From positions 1 through 64,000 of IMG/VR virus record IMGVR_UViG_3300007553_000105: a stretch of DNA of 64,000 bases; one strand, given 5' to 3'. Of the stretch, positions 18,955 to 29,237 are shown piece after piece. Both the position numbers and the translations under genes were made by a program. The notes beneath the pieces were generated by a model that ran no database searches, had not been told where the DNA came from, and worked only from the letters and a program-made list of their open reading frames with translations. Within the stretch, counting starts at the first letter, position 1; each line of letters starts with the position of its first letter. The DNA comes from a virus (Duplodnaviria; Caudoviricetes).

Positions 18955-19223
18955 TTATCAAGTACCAGTTTAACTTCGGCGCCTGGGCCAACTTCGCTAG
19001 GGAAGCCTCCCCATTCACTAATATAATGTGTAACAACCGCTTTGTACCAAAGTAAACTATTGTGACGAGCGACACTATTAAATTTGTAGATACTGTTGTT
19101 GTCAGCTTCCATTGTGGTCAATGCACGTGCTGCTTCTTTTTGTAGTTGGCGTGTATCCATGTCGTCTAGCATCTTCTCTAAGTCAGCTAGCGTCAGTTCC
19201 ACATATTCATCATCAGTAGTCAT
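18951..19223 (-). CDS. hypothetical phage protein
   Basis: Coupled ORF. Confidence 0.6.
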   Translation of the reverse strand: MTTDDEYVELTLADLEKMLDDMDTRQLQKEAARALTTMEADNNSIYKFNSVARHNSLLWYKAVVTHYISEWGGFPSEVGPGAEVKLVLDN

Positions 19224-19500
19224 CTACAGTTATTCCTTTTAATTTTGCAAACATTGCAGTACCTTCGTCTTTAAAAATATATTTCATATACCTGCTACCA
19301 TCTGGACGCATATAGCTACAATCAAACCAGTAGTCAATGCCATATTTTAATCCAGCGGCACACAAGTTATCCCCAATGTAATGACAACATATTACCAAGT
19401 TAAATTGGCCAATGTCTGATCCCATATTATATCTAGCGCCCTGTGCTAGTGCTATAATATCAGCCATCCTATAATCAATATAAACTCGTGTTGTCATCAT
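19213..19500 (-). CDS. hypothetical phage protein
   Basis: Coupled ORF. Confidence 0.55.
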   Translation of the reverse strand: MMTTRVYIDYRMADIIALAQGARYNMGSDIGQFNLVICCHYIGDNLCAAGLKYGIDYWFDCSYMRPDGSRYMKYIFKDEGTAMFAKLKGITVDDY

Positions 19501-20522
19501 TTAACTCCAATTAGCATAAACCTATTGTACATTTCAGTGTCAAGTTCTCCAGCATATAGCACTTTGGACATTTTATATCTATCAATTACTTGTTGCAAAT
19601 CCATAGCACAGTTAACGTGTTGCGGATTGTCAAAGTAGTCATTAGTATGTAGAACTACTACTGTGCCGTCAGGTATTTTATAGAACCAACTATTGTCCAT
19701 GTGTTCACAACTTGTGTTAATAACAATATCAACTGGGCCAACTTCTTTGTGACCAAAACTTAGTTTAACTTTTTCCATATCGATCTGATACTGCTTGACC
19801 TTCTCATAATTTTTTTCCATGTATGATTTGTAATCTGAATCATACTTGTCACGATCAATCATATACAATGTACCAGCGGCCGGCCAGAATAGTTTTGATA
19901 CATCTGCTGTAACGGATTTGAACTTACTGCCTGACAGATATTCCTTGTACATTCTGTCAGCAGGTTCTCGTACACTGCCATCAATATCAATTGAATACAT
20001 GCGCTCAATATCAAAGTTTTCAAAAAGCATATGTGCGAGGAAATTGTACCATGCTCCGTATACTGCTACGTTGCCTAGCTGTCTACCTGATACTACCTTT
20101 GATAATTCCTCAATCAACCACTTTTTGCTTTTAACTTGCCCACGACTAAAAAAGTCATTCATGTCAGGGGCTGCGGCCTCACTTTCAAAATAAGTCATCA
20201 AGTTGTATAGGCGTGCTGTATACTTGTCACCGATAAACATACTGATCAGACCAATAAGCAATCGTTCTTTTACATCATACTCTGGCATGTCTTTGTGTAT
20301 GATTGTGTTATAGAAGCTCTTTAGCGTTCTTTCACCGCTCCATAGTTCACCCGTTGGTACTTTTTCATGAATACGCAGTAACAAGTCACGACGACGATAT
20401 GCATTGTCGTGATACAGTGATTTATATAGCAACTCGTAGTCAGCCTCGTATTCAGTGCCTGCATAATATTCATGCAAGCCTTTCATCCAGGCGTGGCGAT
20501 GTACAAAATCAGACTGTAGCAT
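19497..20522 (-). CDS. class I methyltransferase-like protein
   Basis: VAVYGAWYN, SIDID and DIVINTSCEHM Rossmann methyltransferase pattern. Confidence 0.6.
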   Translation of the reverse strand: MLQSDFVHRHAWMKGLHEYYAGTEYEADYELLYKSLYHDNAYRRRDLLLRIHEKVPTGELWSGERTLKSFYNTIIHKDMPEYDVKERLLIGLISMFIGDKYTARLYNLMTYFESEAAAPDMNDFFSRGQVKSKKWLIEELSKVVSGRQLGNVAVYGAWYNFLAHMLFENFDIERMYSIDIDGSVREPADRMYKEYLSGSKFKSVTADVSKLFWPAAGTLYMIDRDKYDSDYKSYMEKNYEKVKQYQIDMEKVKLSFGHKEVGPVDIVINTSCEHMDNSWFYKIPDGTVVVLHTNDYFDNPQHVNCAMDLQQVIDRYKMSKVLYAGELDTEMYNRFMLIGVK

Positions 20523-21213
20523 CGTATTGTTCCTTTAACCAATCCCAATCGTTAATCTTACGCAGGGCATTTTTATTATCTTTATAGTGTTCACCAAATT
20601 CACGACCCTGTTGTGCGCCTAGTAGTGCATACTCGCCAAATCGTCTGTTCTCGCCACGTGTACACCAGACTTCCAAACGATATGCGTCATCCACCTGTTT
20701 ATTGTTATCAATAATATTGCTGGCTAGCTTTGTACACTCGCGGAAAGCACTGCGCCATGCATTAAATGGATCAGTGTTAAATTGTGTAATATTACTTATC
20801 TCAAACTTAGGCACAAACTTTGCACCAATACTAGTGGTCATGTCTACCTTAAATTCTTTACAGTCCAACAAGTTCTTTTTGGGGAACAACTTAACAGCGC
20901 CATATCCATATATAAGGTCATTAATAGGGTTATGGCTGCGGTATGTGAAAACACATTCCGTTTCTGGTACCCCTGGATAGGCTTCACGGCGGTCGTCTGG
21001 CTCAAACTTAAACGAAAAATTTTCACTGATAACTGCGTCAGCATCGCACACATAAAAGTAGCGAGTGCGACTAGCCTCCGCTGCCGCTTTGTGTGCTTCT
21101 AGCAGCCCTTTTACATTGTCAATGCGTTGGGCGTGTGGGGCTTTCTCAAGTAGAATAGCAAAGTTATCGTCAGCCTCTGGCTCGCCGTATGTCAGCATGA
21201 ATACGTCTAGCAT
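20509..21213 (-). CDS. GT-A-like glycosyltransferase
   Basis: AHKAAAE, DxD motif (CDAD), YGYGAVKL and AWRSAFRE; likely start MLDVF at 21213. Confidence 0.65.
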   Translation of the reverse strand: MLDVFMLTYGEPEADDNFAILLEKAPHAQRIDNVKGLLEAHKAAAEASRTRYFYVCDADAVISENFSFKFEPDDRREAYPGVPETECVFTYRSHNPINDLIYGYGAVKLFPKKNLLDCKEFKVDMTTSIGAKFVPKFEISNITQFNTDPFNAWRSAFRECTKLASNIIDNNKQVDDAYRLEVWCTRGENRRFGEYALLGAQQGREFGEHYKDNKNALRKINDWDWLKEQYDATV

Positions 21214-21237
21214 AAAAATCCTCTCAATTTTGGGAAA

Positions 21238-21294
21238 TAAATAATATATAATAATATTTATCGCTAGTATACAGGTACTTAATGAATTTGTCAA
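21238..21294. promoter_or_regulatory. divergent promoter region: + TAAATA (21238-43), - TAAATA (21255-60), - sigma70 promoter (21266-94)
   Basis: TTGACA-17 nt-TATACT on the minus strand plus two TAAATA boxes at a strand switch. Confidence 0.7.
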
Positions 21295-22253
21295 ACGTTT
21301 CAGATCGCAATCTCTATAATCTTGAAAGATTTTGGGATTGGATGAACACCACTAATAGAGCAGAGATAGTTTACTTTGAAATAGGCAGCAAACAATTATT
21401 GGGATTGTTTGATAAAGACTGTATTGATTATTACAACACAAGTGTAATGGGAGGGCTCAGTGAGATTATTGAGCATTATCGCAGTGTTGGTGAAGAAACT
21501 CGTAGATTTTTTATTGATCACAGTACTCAAAACGATTGGTATCAGTATGTCAGTGAAGATAATTATGTATGCTATCAATTGTTTAAAGTAGCATGGTTAA
21601 TGCAAGACATCCGCCGCAATGGTCAGCAGTCACCGGCGCAACTACATAAAACTATTGAAAGCTACCATTGTCATCCTGGTAGCGACAAAAAATATGCCAT
21701 GCTATTGCTTGATCCTATTGAAACAGTAAGGGTATTTTATGTATGGTATCCAGAAATAGATCCAGACCCCTGGCACAAGCATTATCCTCATCGTAGACTA
21801 GAAACGATGGAGGAGTTTGTGGACATTTTTCCAATGGCCGGTGATCCAAGTTTTGTATTTGAATATGGCGGTGTTGATTTTACTACAGAAGGATTTCGTT
21901 GCGACACTGACCACTTTGATGCGTTTGCAAGATTCTCGTCTGACTTACTACTAAAACAAGCACGTAGGGAACGCAGAAGTTTTGTTCCATTCAGCGTAAA
22001 GCATATAAGCTACCGCGACAGTATACATAGATTAAAAATGGAACACGAAAAGCATCTACTTGAAGAAATATATTTTGAGTCTGATGATGTGTTCTGGATG
22101 ATTGACAAACGATTTACTAGAAAAGTTATACAAAACAAAGTACTATGGATACCTGATTCATACAATAATTTTCCAAAGAGTTTAATAGACACTGATTGGA
22201 AATATGATACAAATTTTTCAATGACGTTTGCTCTTGAATACAAGGATATTTAA
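21282..22253 (+). CDS. hypothetical protein
   Basis: 323-aa ORF filling the gap; HCHPGSDK motif, possibly ParB/Srx-like (unverified). Confidence 0.7.
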   Translation: MNLSNVSDRNLYNLERFWDWMNTTNRAEIVYFEIGSKQLLGLFDKDCIDYYNTSVMGGLSEIIEHYRSVGEETRRFFIDHSTQNDWYQYVSEDNYVCYQLFKVAWLMQDIRRNGQQSPAQLHKTIESYHCHPGSDKKYAMLLLDPIETVRVFYVWYPEIDPDPWHKHYPHRRLETMEEFVDIFPMAGDPSFVFEYGGVDFTTEGFRCDTDHFDAFARFSSDLLLKQARRERRSFVPFSVKHISYRDSIHRLKMEHEKHLLEEIYFESDDVFWMIDKRFTRKVIQNKVLWIPDSYNNFPKSLIDTDWKYDTNFSMTFALEYKDI

Positions 22254-22254
22254 T

Positions 22255-22956
22255 ATGAAAATTTTTATAGGATGGGATAGTAAACAACAGATAGCGAGCA
22301 AGGTGTGCGAATATAGTTTACGTGCTAACAGTAGCGGTGAACTTGACATTACACATTTAAAGCGAGACGACCTCGTTCTGTCAGGCGATTACTTCAGACG
22401 TGACGGTGATCCCAGTAGTACCGAATTTACGTATTGTAGATTTTTGGCACCATACTTGTGTGACTACAAGGGATGGAGTATGTTTGTAGACAGTGATTTT
22501 CTGTTTACTGCTGATATACATGAATTATTTAACCTTGTCAAGTTTCAACGTGGATATAAGAAGCGGGCTGCTTACTGCGTAAAACATCTAGAATATACTC
22601 CTAAGAAAGATACAAAATTCTATGGTGAACCACAGCTTACATTTCCTAAAAAGAACTGGAGTAGTTTAATTATTTTTAATAACGAACACCCAAGCACACG
22701 GCAACTTACTCCAATGAATGTAAGCAACAGAAGTCCGCAATGGTTGCATAGGTTCGAATGGTTAAAAGAGGATGCTGGTGAGCTTGGCACACTACCTATG
22801 AGCTGGAATTGGTTGGTTGGAGAATACAATTACTTGGACACTCCTCCCAATGGTATACACTTTACTAACGGCGGACCTTTCAATGAAGTCTATGGTCAAG
22901 ATTATGAAGGATTATGGAACAGCTACATGAGAGACATGACGTCTAAAGTATGCTGA
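22255..22956 (+). CDS. GT-A (GT8-like) glycosyltransferase
   Basis: IFIGWDS, STEFTYCRF, FVDSDFL, KNWSS, WNWLVGEY and HFTNGGP motifs. Confidence 0.85.
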   Translation: MKIFIGWDSKQQIASKVCEYSLRANSSGELDITHLKRDDLVLSGDYFRRDGDPSSTEFTYCRFLAPYLCDYKGWSMFVDSDFLFTADIHELFNLVKFQRGYKKRAAYCVKHLEYTPKKDTKFYGEPQLTFPKKNWSSLIIFNNEHPSTRQLTPMNVSNRSPQWLHRFEWLKEDAGELGTLPMSWNWLVGEYNYLDTPPNGIHFTNGGPFNEVYGQDYEGLWNSYMRDMTSKVC

Positions 22957-24388
22957 TAACTTCTTTCATGTTCTGGTAATTGTAAAAAATTCCATTTGGT
23001 GAGTCACCAGATAAGTATACGTCCTTATTTGTTTTTAACAATTCATTAATCAAATTAATAAAAGATGCCTGCGCTTGATGATGCGGGGTATTTAAATAAT
23101 TTGTTTCATATTGCCATATGTTGCTTACTTGTAGGAATACTGTTTGATCTGTACCTATTTCACTAACCACCTTATCCCACTCCTTGACTAAGTCAACAAG
23201 TAAGAATTTATGATCAAGTGAACGTATCCAGTTCCAATGATCTAACCATTCTTCTTCACTATTATAATGGTTCACAAATTTCTCTGCTAACTCTCTATCA
23301 TAATTTGCAGCTTCAAACGCAACAAAGTTTTTCTTTAAATAGGGACTGTATTTTAAATAAAACTCATGGAAGTTTTTACCATCCCAGTTTTCTAATAAAT
23401 TCTTTGTCCACCACATTCCAGCCTCACTGAAGTCTGTCCATATAACACGCTTCAATGTTTTTCTAGAATTAGTCATGTGTTTAAACTGATGCAACCCACT
23501 ACACGGAGCAGTCATGACTTCAAAGTTGTGTTCTTCAAAATCAGGAATACTTTCAGTATTGGTTATAAACATAACGTATGCTCGCATAACCTTTAATCCA
23601 TATAATTCCATTTTATCTTCTGGGATAATATTAGTGGAATAATTAGAAAGTATTTCTTCGTCTTGTTTGTCCCAGTCAAGATCTAAAAGCCAGTTTTCAG
23701 TATCTTCTACATCATCATCAGGGTAACAGCAATATTTGTGTTCTCTTACACTATAGGGCAAGTTATGTATCATTAAATTTTTTGATAACGCAATGGGAAT
23801 AATCGTTTGAAGATCGCCATATTCTACGTTTAACTGTCCTCTAGCAAAGACGCCTGGCGCTGGTTTTAAAAACGTAGGAGTATAGTCATCGTGTATATGG
23901 TTGTCACTTTGTGTATACATGGGGAAATCATCGTCCCAATCCATTAACATATCAGGCTGCCCAGTAGCGTTCCACTCATGTAGGTTGATAACAATGCATT
24001 GTTGATGTAATCTAGGAGCGTCTTCTATTGGACGTCTTGTTAATATATGTCCCGCAGCTAGCCAGCCAGTTTTGCCCCACACTTCATCGTATACATTAAG
24101 TAGCTGTTCCTCAAACTCATCATTCAATGGCCATGATCCTTCAAACCAGATAACCGCCAGTTCAAAATTCATTTCATATGCATTACGCAATAGCAAATTT
24201 AATCTACTAATATGATCACCGGTGAAAATAAAATGATGACAACTGTTAGTTAAATTTATTGCTGATGCTTTGCGCAATTTTGCTACATAGTCTACTCTAT
24301 CTGATATGTCCCCAATCAAAGAACCATTGAAGATCATGTGTGCAATACGATTGTATTGCCCCATTTTAATATAGGAGTTTTTGTACAT
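22943..24388 (-). CDS. hypothetical protein (481 aa)
   Basis: Long ORF; no confident family. Confidence 0.75.
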   Translation of the reverse strand: MYKNSYIKMGQYNRIAHMIFNGSLIGDISDRVDYVAKLRKASAINLTNSCHHFIFTGDHISRLNLLLRNAYEMNFELAVIWFEGSWPLNDEFEEQLLNVYDEVWGKTGWLAAGHILTRRPIEDAPRLHQQCIVINLHEWNATGQPDMLMDWDDDFPMYTQSDNHIHDDYTPTFLKPAPGVFARGQLNVEYGDLQTIIPIALSKNLMIHNLPYSVREHKYCCYPDDDVEDTENWLLDLDWDKQDEEILSNYSTNIIPEDKMELYGLKVMRAYVMFITNTESIPDFEEHNFEVMTAPCSGLHQFKHMTNSRKTLKRVIWTDFSEAGMWWTKNLLENWDGKNFHEFYLKYSPYLKKNFVAFEAANYDRELAEKFVNHYNSEEEWLDHWNWIRSLDHKFLLVDLVKEWDKVVSEIGTDQTVFLQVSNIWQYETNYLNTPHHQAQASFINLINELLKTNKDVYLSGDSPNGIFYNYQNMKEVISIL

Positions 24389-24399
24389 TGTATTCCTGT

Positions 24400-25128
24400 T
24401 TAAAGTTTAAATATAGTATCACGTGATGCGTTAGCGATAATTTCACGTGTACGATCAGTTTTTAATCCTGTTATTTGGATAGTTGAACGTGGATGGTTGC
24501 TTGCGTTAGCAGTAGCATGTGGAACGTTTGCCCAATCAAAAATATGTGCTTCGCCAGCACGCCAGCCACTATAAACATAATTACCATACATGTAAAACTG
24601 CCCTGGTTGCCAGTCATCCAACATGATAGTAATACGTGCAACACGCTCTGGATCTTCGGGGCAACGATCCCATAATTTATCAATATGTAGATTAAACATT
24701 TGTCCAGTTAACTGAACGTGGGCACGTTTTTTAATACCCTCTCCTGTCAGGCCAAAGTAATCTGCCATAGCATATAAGGTAGGAAACTGTTCAAGATCAT
24801 CACTCATATTTGTTAGCATTAATGCTTTAGGGTCGCCGCCTCCTTGAGCAATATCATATTCTTCCTGTGCAAGCATTGGAGATTTATCATCCCTGTCACC
24901 ATAAAATTTTCTAGTCTCCCAATTTATAGGCATACACGCTTTTACTAGTGCATCACGTTCTGCACTCCAATTGCCTTCAAAACGCCCTAGAATATCAAAC
25001 CAGTCACCTAGTTCATCATTGACATTGTTGTCAAAATGATATTCACTGTGTGCGACTGTCCAATCCCAATTGCTTTTATAGTTTACAGGATCTTGCAATT
25101 CCTTTCCCCAATTTGTATTATGTTTCAT
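24400..25128 (-). CDS. 2OG/Fe(II)-oxygenase-like cupin protein
   Basis: HID...PHATANAS...R (HxD...H facial triad). Confidence 0.7.
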   Translation of the reverse strand: MKHNTNWGKELQDPVNYKSNWDWTVAHSEYHFDNNVNDELGDWFDILGRFEGNWSAERDALVKACMPINWETRKFYGDRDDKSPMLAQEEYDIAQGGGDPKALMLTNMSDDLEQFPTLYAMADYFGLTGEGIKKRAHVQLTGQMFNLHIDKLWDRCPEDPERVARITIMLDDWQPGQFYMYGNYVYSGWRAGEAHIFDWANVPHATANASNHPRSTIQITGLKTDRTREIIANASRDTIFKL

Positions 25129-25129
25129 T

Positions 25130-25885
25130 TTATAAATCCTCTAATTTTATTATTGTATCTTTATTCATTTGACTTAGTAGCAGTCTGGTTCGGTCAGTAG
25201 CTAACCCCGTTATTTGTAAATTTGGTCTCATTATATTGCTGGCATTTGCAGTAGCGTGTGGCACATTGGCCCAGTCAAAAATATGTACATCTCCAGCTTT
25301 CCAATTTTTATAAACATAATTACCATACATAAAAAATTGTCCTGGGTGCCAATTATCAAGCATGACGGTTATTCTCACAATTTTACTAGGATCCTCGGGA
25401 TATATTTCCCATAAATTATCAACATGTAAGTTATACATCTGACCATTGGTCTGCATTATAGTTCTATATCCTGCATTTGCCTCTTTTCCCTTAGGGATGA
25501 CTATATCAAAATATCGTGCAACTTTGTTTATTAACGGGAACATCTCATGGCCATAACCGTGAAACATTGCTAGTGATACATAACTTTTAGAATAGTCGTC
25601 TTTACTTCCTGATTTTTTAGTTAGATGAAGATCGACTATCTGTTCATATGTTTCTTTGTAATAGTCTGGGTCATCTTCATAAGATCCTATTGATGAGGAC
25701 AGTCTTTCTACTTCAGCAGAAAAATCAAGATCAAATCTACCAAGCAAATCAAACCATTCACCAGGTTGATCTTGTATATTTTCGTCAAAGTGGTACTCAC
25801 TATTAATAGCACCACAATACCAGTTGCCTGTTTTACATGTATTGTCTGGCAGTAATTCTTTTTTCCAATTGGTATTATGCTTCAT
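25130..25885 (-). CDS. 2OG/Fe(II)-oxygenase-like cupin protein (paralog)
   Basis: HVD...PHATANAS...RP motifs. Confidence 0.7.
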   Translation of the reverse strand: MKHNTNWKKELLPDNTCKTGNWYCGAINSEYHFDENIQDQPGEWFDLLGRFDLDFSAEVERLSSSIGSYEDDPDYYKETYEQIVDLHLTKKSGSKDDYSKSYVSLAMFHGYGHEMFPLINKVARYFDIVIPKGKEANAGYRTIMQTNGQMYNLHVDNLWEIYPEDPSKIVRITVMLDNWHPGQFFMYGNYVYKNWKAGDVHIFDWANVPHATANASNIMRPNLQITGLATDRTRLLLSQMNKDTIIKLEDL

Positions 25886-26582
25886 TTAATATACTCCGTG
25901 TTTTTTCTGTCATCAATCCAGTCAGTTGTAACATTGGGCGTGGCGCATTGCTGGCGTTAGCAGTAGCATGTGGAGTATCACCCCATCTAAACACATGGGC
26001 GTCACCCGCCTTCCAGTCTTGATAATTATAGTTTCCGTAAATTATAAACTGCCCAGGAACCCAATCTTCTAGCATAACATGTATTCTTACTAATCTACTG
26101 TGATCTATATCTAAATTATACAGCCCCTCGTCTATGTGCATTACATACATGTTACCTGGAATTTGATAGTGTATTTTAACTCCGTACTTTCCAGTCAGTC
26201 CTGGTATATTTTCAGGATTATCGAAAAACTCTAAACCAAAGCTATGGACTAATTCGTAAAGTTTCGGGAACATATCAGGGCGTTCATAAAAATTAACGCA
26301 TGTCAGAGTTTTTTCAGCGTCTGTACCTTTGTTAACGTGTCTTGTTGTCTGGTTAATAAAATCTATATGTTCAAATTCAGGAGTGATTTCTTTTGGCTTT
26401 AAGTTTGGATTTTTTGATGTTATATATTTAGAATGAAGATAATTTAATTCTATATCGTAATGATTGTAAAAATTGCCAATAGTTTTAAACCATGGCCCAT
26501 CCGCAGTATCTTTTATATTGTTATTAAAATGGTATGCACTGTGTTTATACGGTACCTGCCAAAAATTATTTTCTCCGTCCAT
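25875..26582 (-). CDS. 2OG/Fe(II)-oxygenase-like cupin protein (paralog)
   Basis: HID...PHATANAS...RP motifs. Confidence 0.7.
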   Translation of the reverse strand: MDGENNFWQVPYKHSAYHFNNNIKDTADGPWFKTIGNFYNHYDIELNYLHSKYITSKNPNLKPKEITPEFEHIDFINQTTRHVNKGTDAEKTLTCVNFYERPDMFPKLYELVHSFGLEFFDNPENIPGLTGKYGVKIHYQIPGNMYVMHIDEGLYNLDIDHSRLVRIHVMLEDWVPGQFIIYGNYNYQDWKAGDAHVFRWGDTPHATANASNAPRPMLQLTGLMTEKTRSILNEA

Positions 26583-26587
26583 GCAAT

Positions 26588-26593
26588 TATTTA
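26588..26593 (-). promoter_or_regulatory. TAAATA late-type promoter box
   Basis: TAAATA 5 nt upstream of ATG 26582, directly after a terminator. Confidence 0.55.
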
Positions 26594-26595
26594 TT

Positions 26596-26623
26596 AAATG
26601 AAAATGGCGGCTTGCGCCGCCAT
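26596..26623 (-). terminator. intrinsic terminator after tctA
   Basis: ATGGCGGC-GCAA-GCCGCCAT hairpin followed by TTTCATTT. Confidence 0.85.
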
Positions 26624-26627
26624 CTTG

Positions 26628-28148
26628 TTATGTAAAGTCTATACCACGGTCTTTTCGTCTAAAGCTATTGATAAACAACAACACTGATATTACAAGTGCG
26701 CCAATAAAAATTGGATGTTCAGTGATGCTAAACAGTCTACTCCATTCAAAGTTTTCCCAACGTTTAGCGAATGTTTCACCCCAAGGCTGGTAACGATAAA
26801 CACGCAATGTCTGGAATAAGTAATCGTCAAACTTATCTGCTACAACAAACGCAACAAGAACTGCTGGACGACTAATACTACCAAACTTTAGGAAAATACC
26901 TAGTATACTAAAGATAGCAAGTAATGTTAAATCTTCCCAACTGTTTGAGTATTGTAGGTTAGCATATATGATTACAAGTACAATAAACGATGCATAAATC
27001 CAGTAGGGTACTTCCAGAATTTTAATAATCCATTTGTATAGTACAATACTTAACAGTGCAACGCCAATTGTTCCAAAAATATAACCAAACGCCATACTCC
27101 AGACAAACTCACGATCGTTTAGTAGTTGTACAGTGCCAATCTCCATACCAAAATACATTGCAATAGCCATAACCATTGCTGCAAATGGTGCTGCTGGAAT
27201 ACCAAACAGCATAGCTGGAATCATACTACTTACTTTTTGTGCATTGTTTGCACCTTCACAGCCCAGCAATCCAATAGGGTTGCCTTCGCCAAATGGAACC
27301 TCTTGTGGCTCTTTGTGTGCTGCTTTAGTTGCGCCGTAAGCAAGGAAGTCTCCTACTGCACCACCTACGCCTGGAATAAGTCCTGTAATGAATCCAATAA
27401 ATCCACCACGTAACATATCCCGCCAATGTTTTCTTACATCACGGAAGCCCCATTTAAGTTGATTCCAATAATCATCACTGGCTTTAGGAGGAACAGCTTT
27501 CGATCCTGCTTTTAATCCCCACAGTAGTTCAGGGATACCAAATAGTCCTGACAATAGTGCAATCATAAAGTGTGAACTTTCGCCTACACCAGCCAAGTAT
27601 TCCCACCCAAAAGTAAATCTTGGGTTACCAACTTGGTCTTGCCCTATTAGACCAATGAACAAGCCAAGAGCAATAGCAAATAAGCTAGTCCAGGGATTTT
27701 TACTTGCGACAAATCCAACACTTGCAAGTGCTAGTGTCATGAAGCCCAGTAACTCTGGACGTCCAAACTGTGTAACAATAATGCCGTAATATGGCAATAG
27801 TGTAAATGCTAAAAATGCATATAGCACACCGTTAACTGTGCTGTCTGCAATAGCAATGCCCATGGCACGACCAGCTTGGCCTTTCTTTGCCATTGGATAA
27901 CCGTCAATAACACATGCAGCGGTTGTGCTTGCGCCAGGAATACCTGTAAGAATACTGGTATAACTGTCAGCACTGGCACAACTTGCAATGATAGCTGTTA
28001 AAAAGACCAACCCCAAATAGGGGTCGGCCAAGAAATATGTACCCATGCTAAAGACAGTTATCAGGGCAGTAGTAACACCCGCAATTGGAATGATACCAAC
28101 TAGCATACCATAAAGTGTGCCAAGTATTGCCCAGATAACGTATTCCAT
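26628..28148 (-). CDS. tctA: tripartite tricarboxylate transporter large membrane subunit (TctA family)
   Basis: ILTGIPGAS, DGYPMAKKGQAGRA, RFTFG, EGANNA and GIP motifs; many TM helices. Confidence 0.88.
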   Translation of the reverse strand: MEYVIWAILGTLYGMLVGIIPIAGVTTALITVFSMGTYFLADPYLGLVFLTAIIASCASADSYTSILTGIPGASTTAACVIDGYPMAKKGQAGRAMGIAIADSTVNGVLYAFLAFTLLPYYGIIVTQFGRPELLGFMTLALASVGFVASKNPWTSLFAIALGLFIGLIGQDQVGNPRFTFGWEYLAGVGESSHFMIALLSGLFGIPELLWGLKAGSKAVPPKASDDYWNQLKWGFRDVRKHWRDMLRGGFIGFITGLIPGVGGAVGDFLAYGATKAAHKEPQEVPFGEGNPIGLLGCEGANNAQKVSSMIPAMLFGIPAAPFAAMVMAIAMYFGMEIGTVQLLNDREFVWSMAFGYIFGTIGVALLSIVLYKWIIKILEVPYWIYASFIVLVIIYANLQYSNSWEDLTLLAIFSILGIFLKFGSISRPAVLVAFVVADKFDDYLFQTLRVYRYQPWGETFAKRWENFEWSRLFSITEHPIFIGALVISVLLFINSFRRKDRGIDFT

Positions 28149-28158
28149 TAGCTGGTCC

Positions 28159-29220
28159 TTATTCTACAAGTTGTGGCTTGTAAACACTTGGGAAGCCGTA
28201 TGCTTCTTGGTTCCAGCGAACCGCAGCTTTTAGTGCATCCTCTGTGATTAGACCTTTCAAGAACTCTAGCATTGCTGGGCCGTCTTCACCTACGATCCAA
28301 GGATAGTCACCTGCAAGTGCTTTGATCTCTGCCATTGACTCTTCGTCTGCGAGCATTGCTTTTAGTGCTTCACGTAGCTTTTCAGTGTTTGGATTATCAC
28401 CACGTACCCAGAGTGATTTCTGGATAACGTCACGCCAGTTGCGTGTTAGTTTGTAAGCATCATAAAGTTCACCGGTTGGGTATTCACCCCATAGCTCTTT
28501 GTACTTTTCTTCAAACTGTGTACCAGGATAGTTTGGATCTTCAACTTGTTTGCCAGTTTCTAGATCTAGGATACCGTGTGTTAGCCATAGAACGTTGCCT
28601 TCGATATCTTTGTAGAACTTGTTCCATGCTGCTGGTGATTCACGTGCAACATCAAATTCACGGTTCATGAAACCTAGACGCTTCTCGCCGCCTGATACGC
28701 CGCTGATCCATACAGCACGTTCACGCCAGCAAGCTAGGTATGCATCAACTGAACCGCCGTCTGCTTGTGGACCGCAAAGCATCATTGCCATCGCAGCACC
28801 ATCTGGCTCAAAGCCTGAGCCGCCAGCAATACGCCATACGCCTGACTTTTCATCTGCGCCTTCGTGCTTGCCTAGTACGATATCGTTGTTGTTTGAACCG
28901 ATTAGGTCGTATTCGAAGTAGTTGTAGTCTACATCATCAAGTAGGAATGATACGCCGTTGCCGCCGTGTGCAACCATGATCATCTTATCATCGTTTTGTA
29001 GTTCGTTATGAAACTTGTTGAAGCCAGGAATATCACGTGCGCCTGGTTCATGGCGAACAACTACCTGTTCGTCTGTAAATTTCGAAAGGTTACGAGCAAT
29101 AATTTCTGCCCATACACTTGTACCTTTACCTGGTTCCTGTGGAACCACTAGGGTATAATCTGCCATTGCTGCTGATGCAGAAAGGGATAGAGCTACTGCT
29201 CCCATTAGAATTTTCTTCAT
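28159..29220 (-). CDS. periplasmic substrate-binding protein, TctC/Bug-like
   Basis: Signal peptide; LVVPQEPGKGT and HEPGA motifs; adjacent to tctA. Confidence 0.78.
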   Translation of the reverse strand: MKKILMGAVALSLSASAAMADYTLVVPQEPGKGTSVWAEIIARNLSKFTDEQVVVRHEPGARDIPGFNKFHNELQNDDKMIMVAHGGNGVSFLLDDVDYNYFEYDLIGSNNNDIVLGKHEGADEKSGVWRIAGGSGFEPDGAAMAMMLCGPQADGGSVDAYLACWRERAVWISGVSGGEKRLGFMNREFDVARESPAAWNKFYKDIEGNVLWLTHGILDLETGKQVEDPNYPGTQFEEKYKELWGEYPTGELYDAYKLTRNWRDVIQKSLWVRGDNPNTEKLREALKAMLADEESMAEIKALAGDYPWIVGEDGPAMLEFLKGLITEDALKAAVRWNQEAYGFPSVYKPQLVE

Positions 29221-29237
29221 TTTTCATCTCCTGTGAT

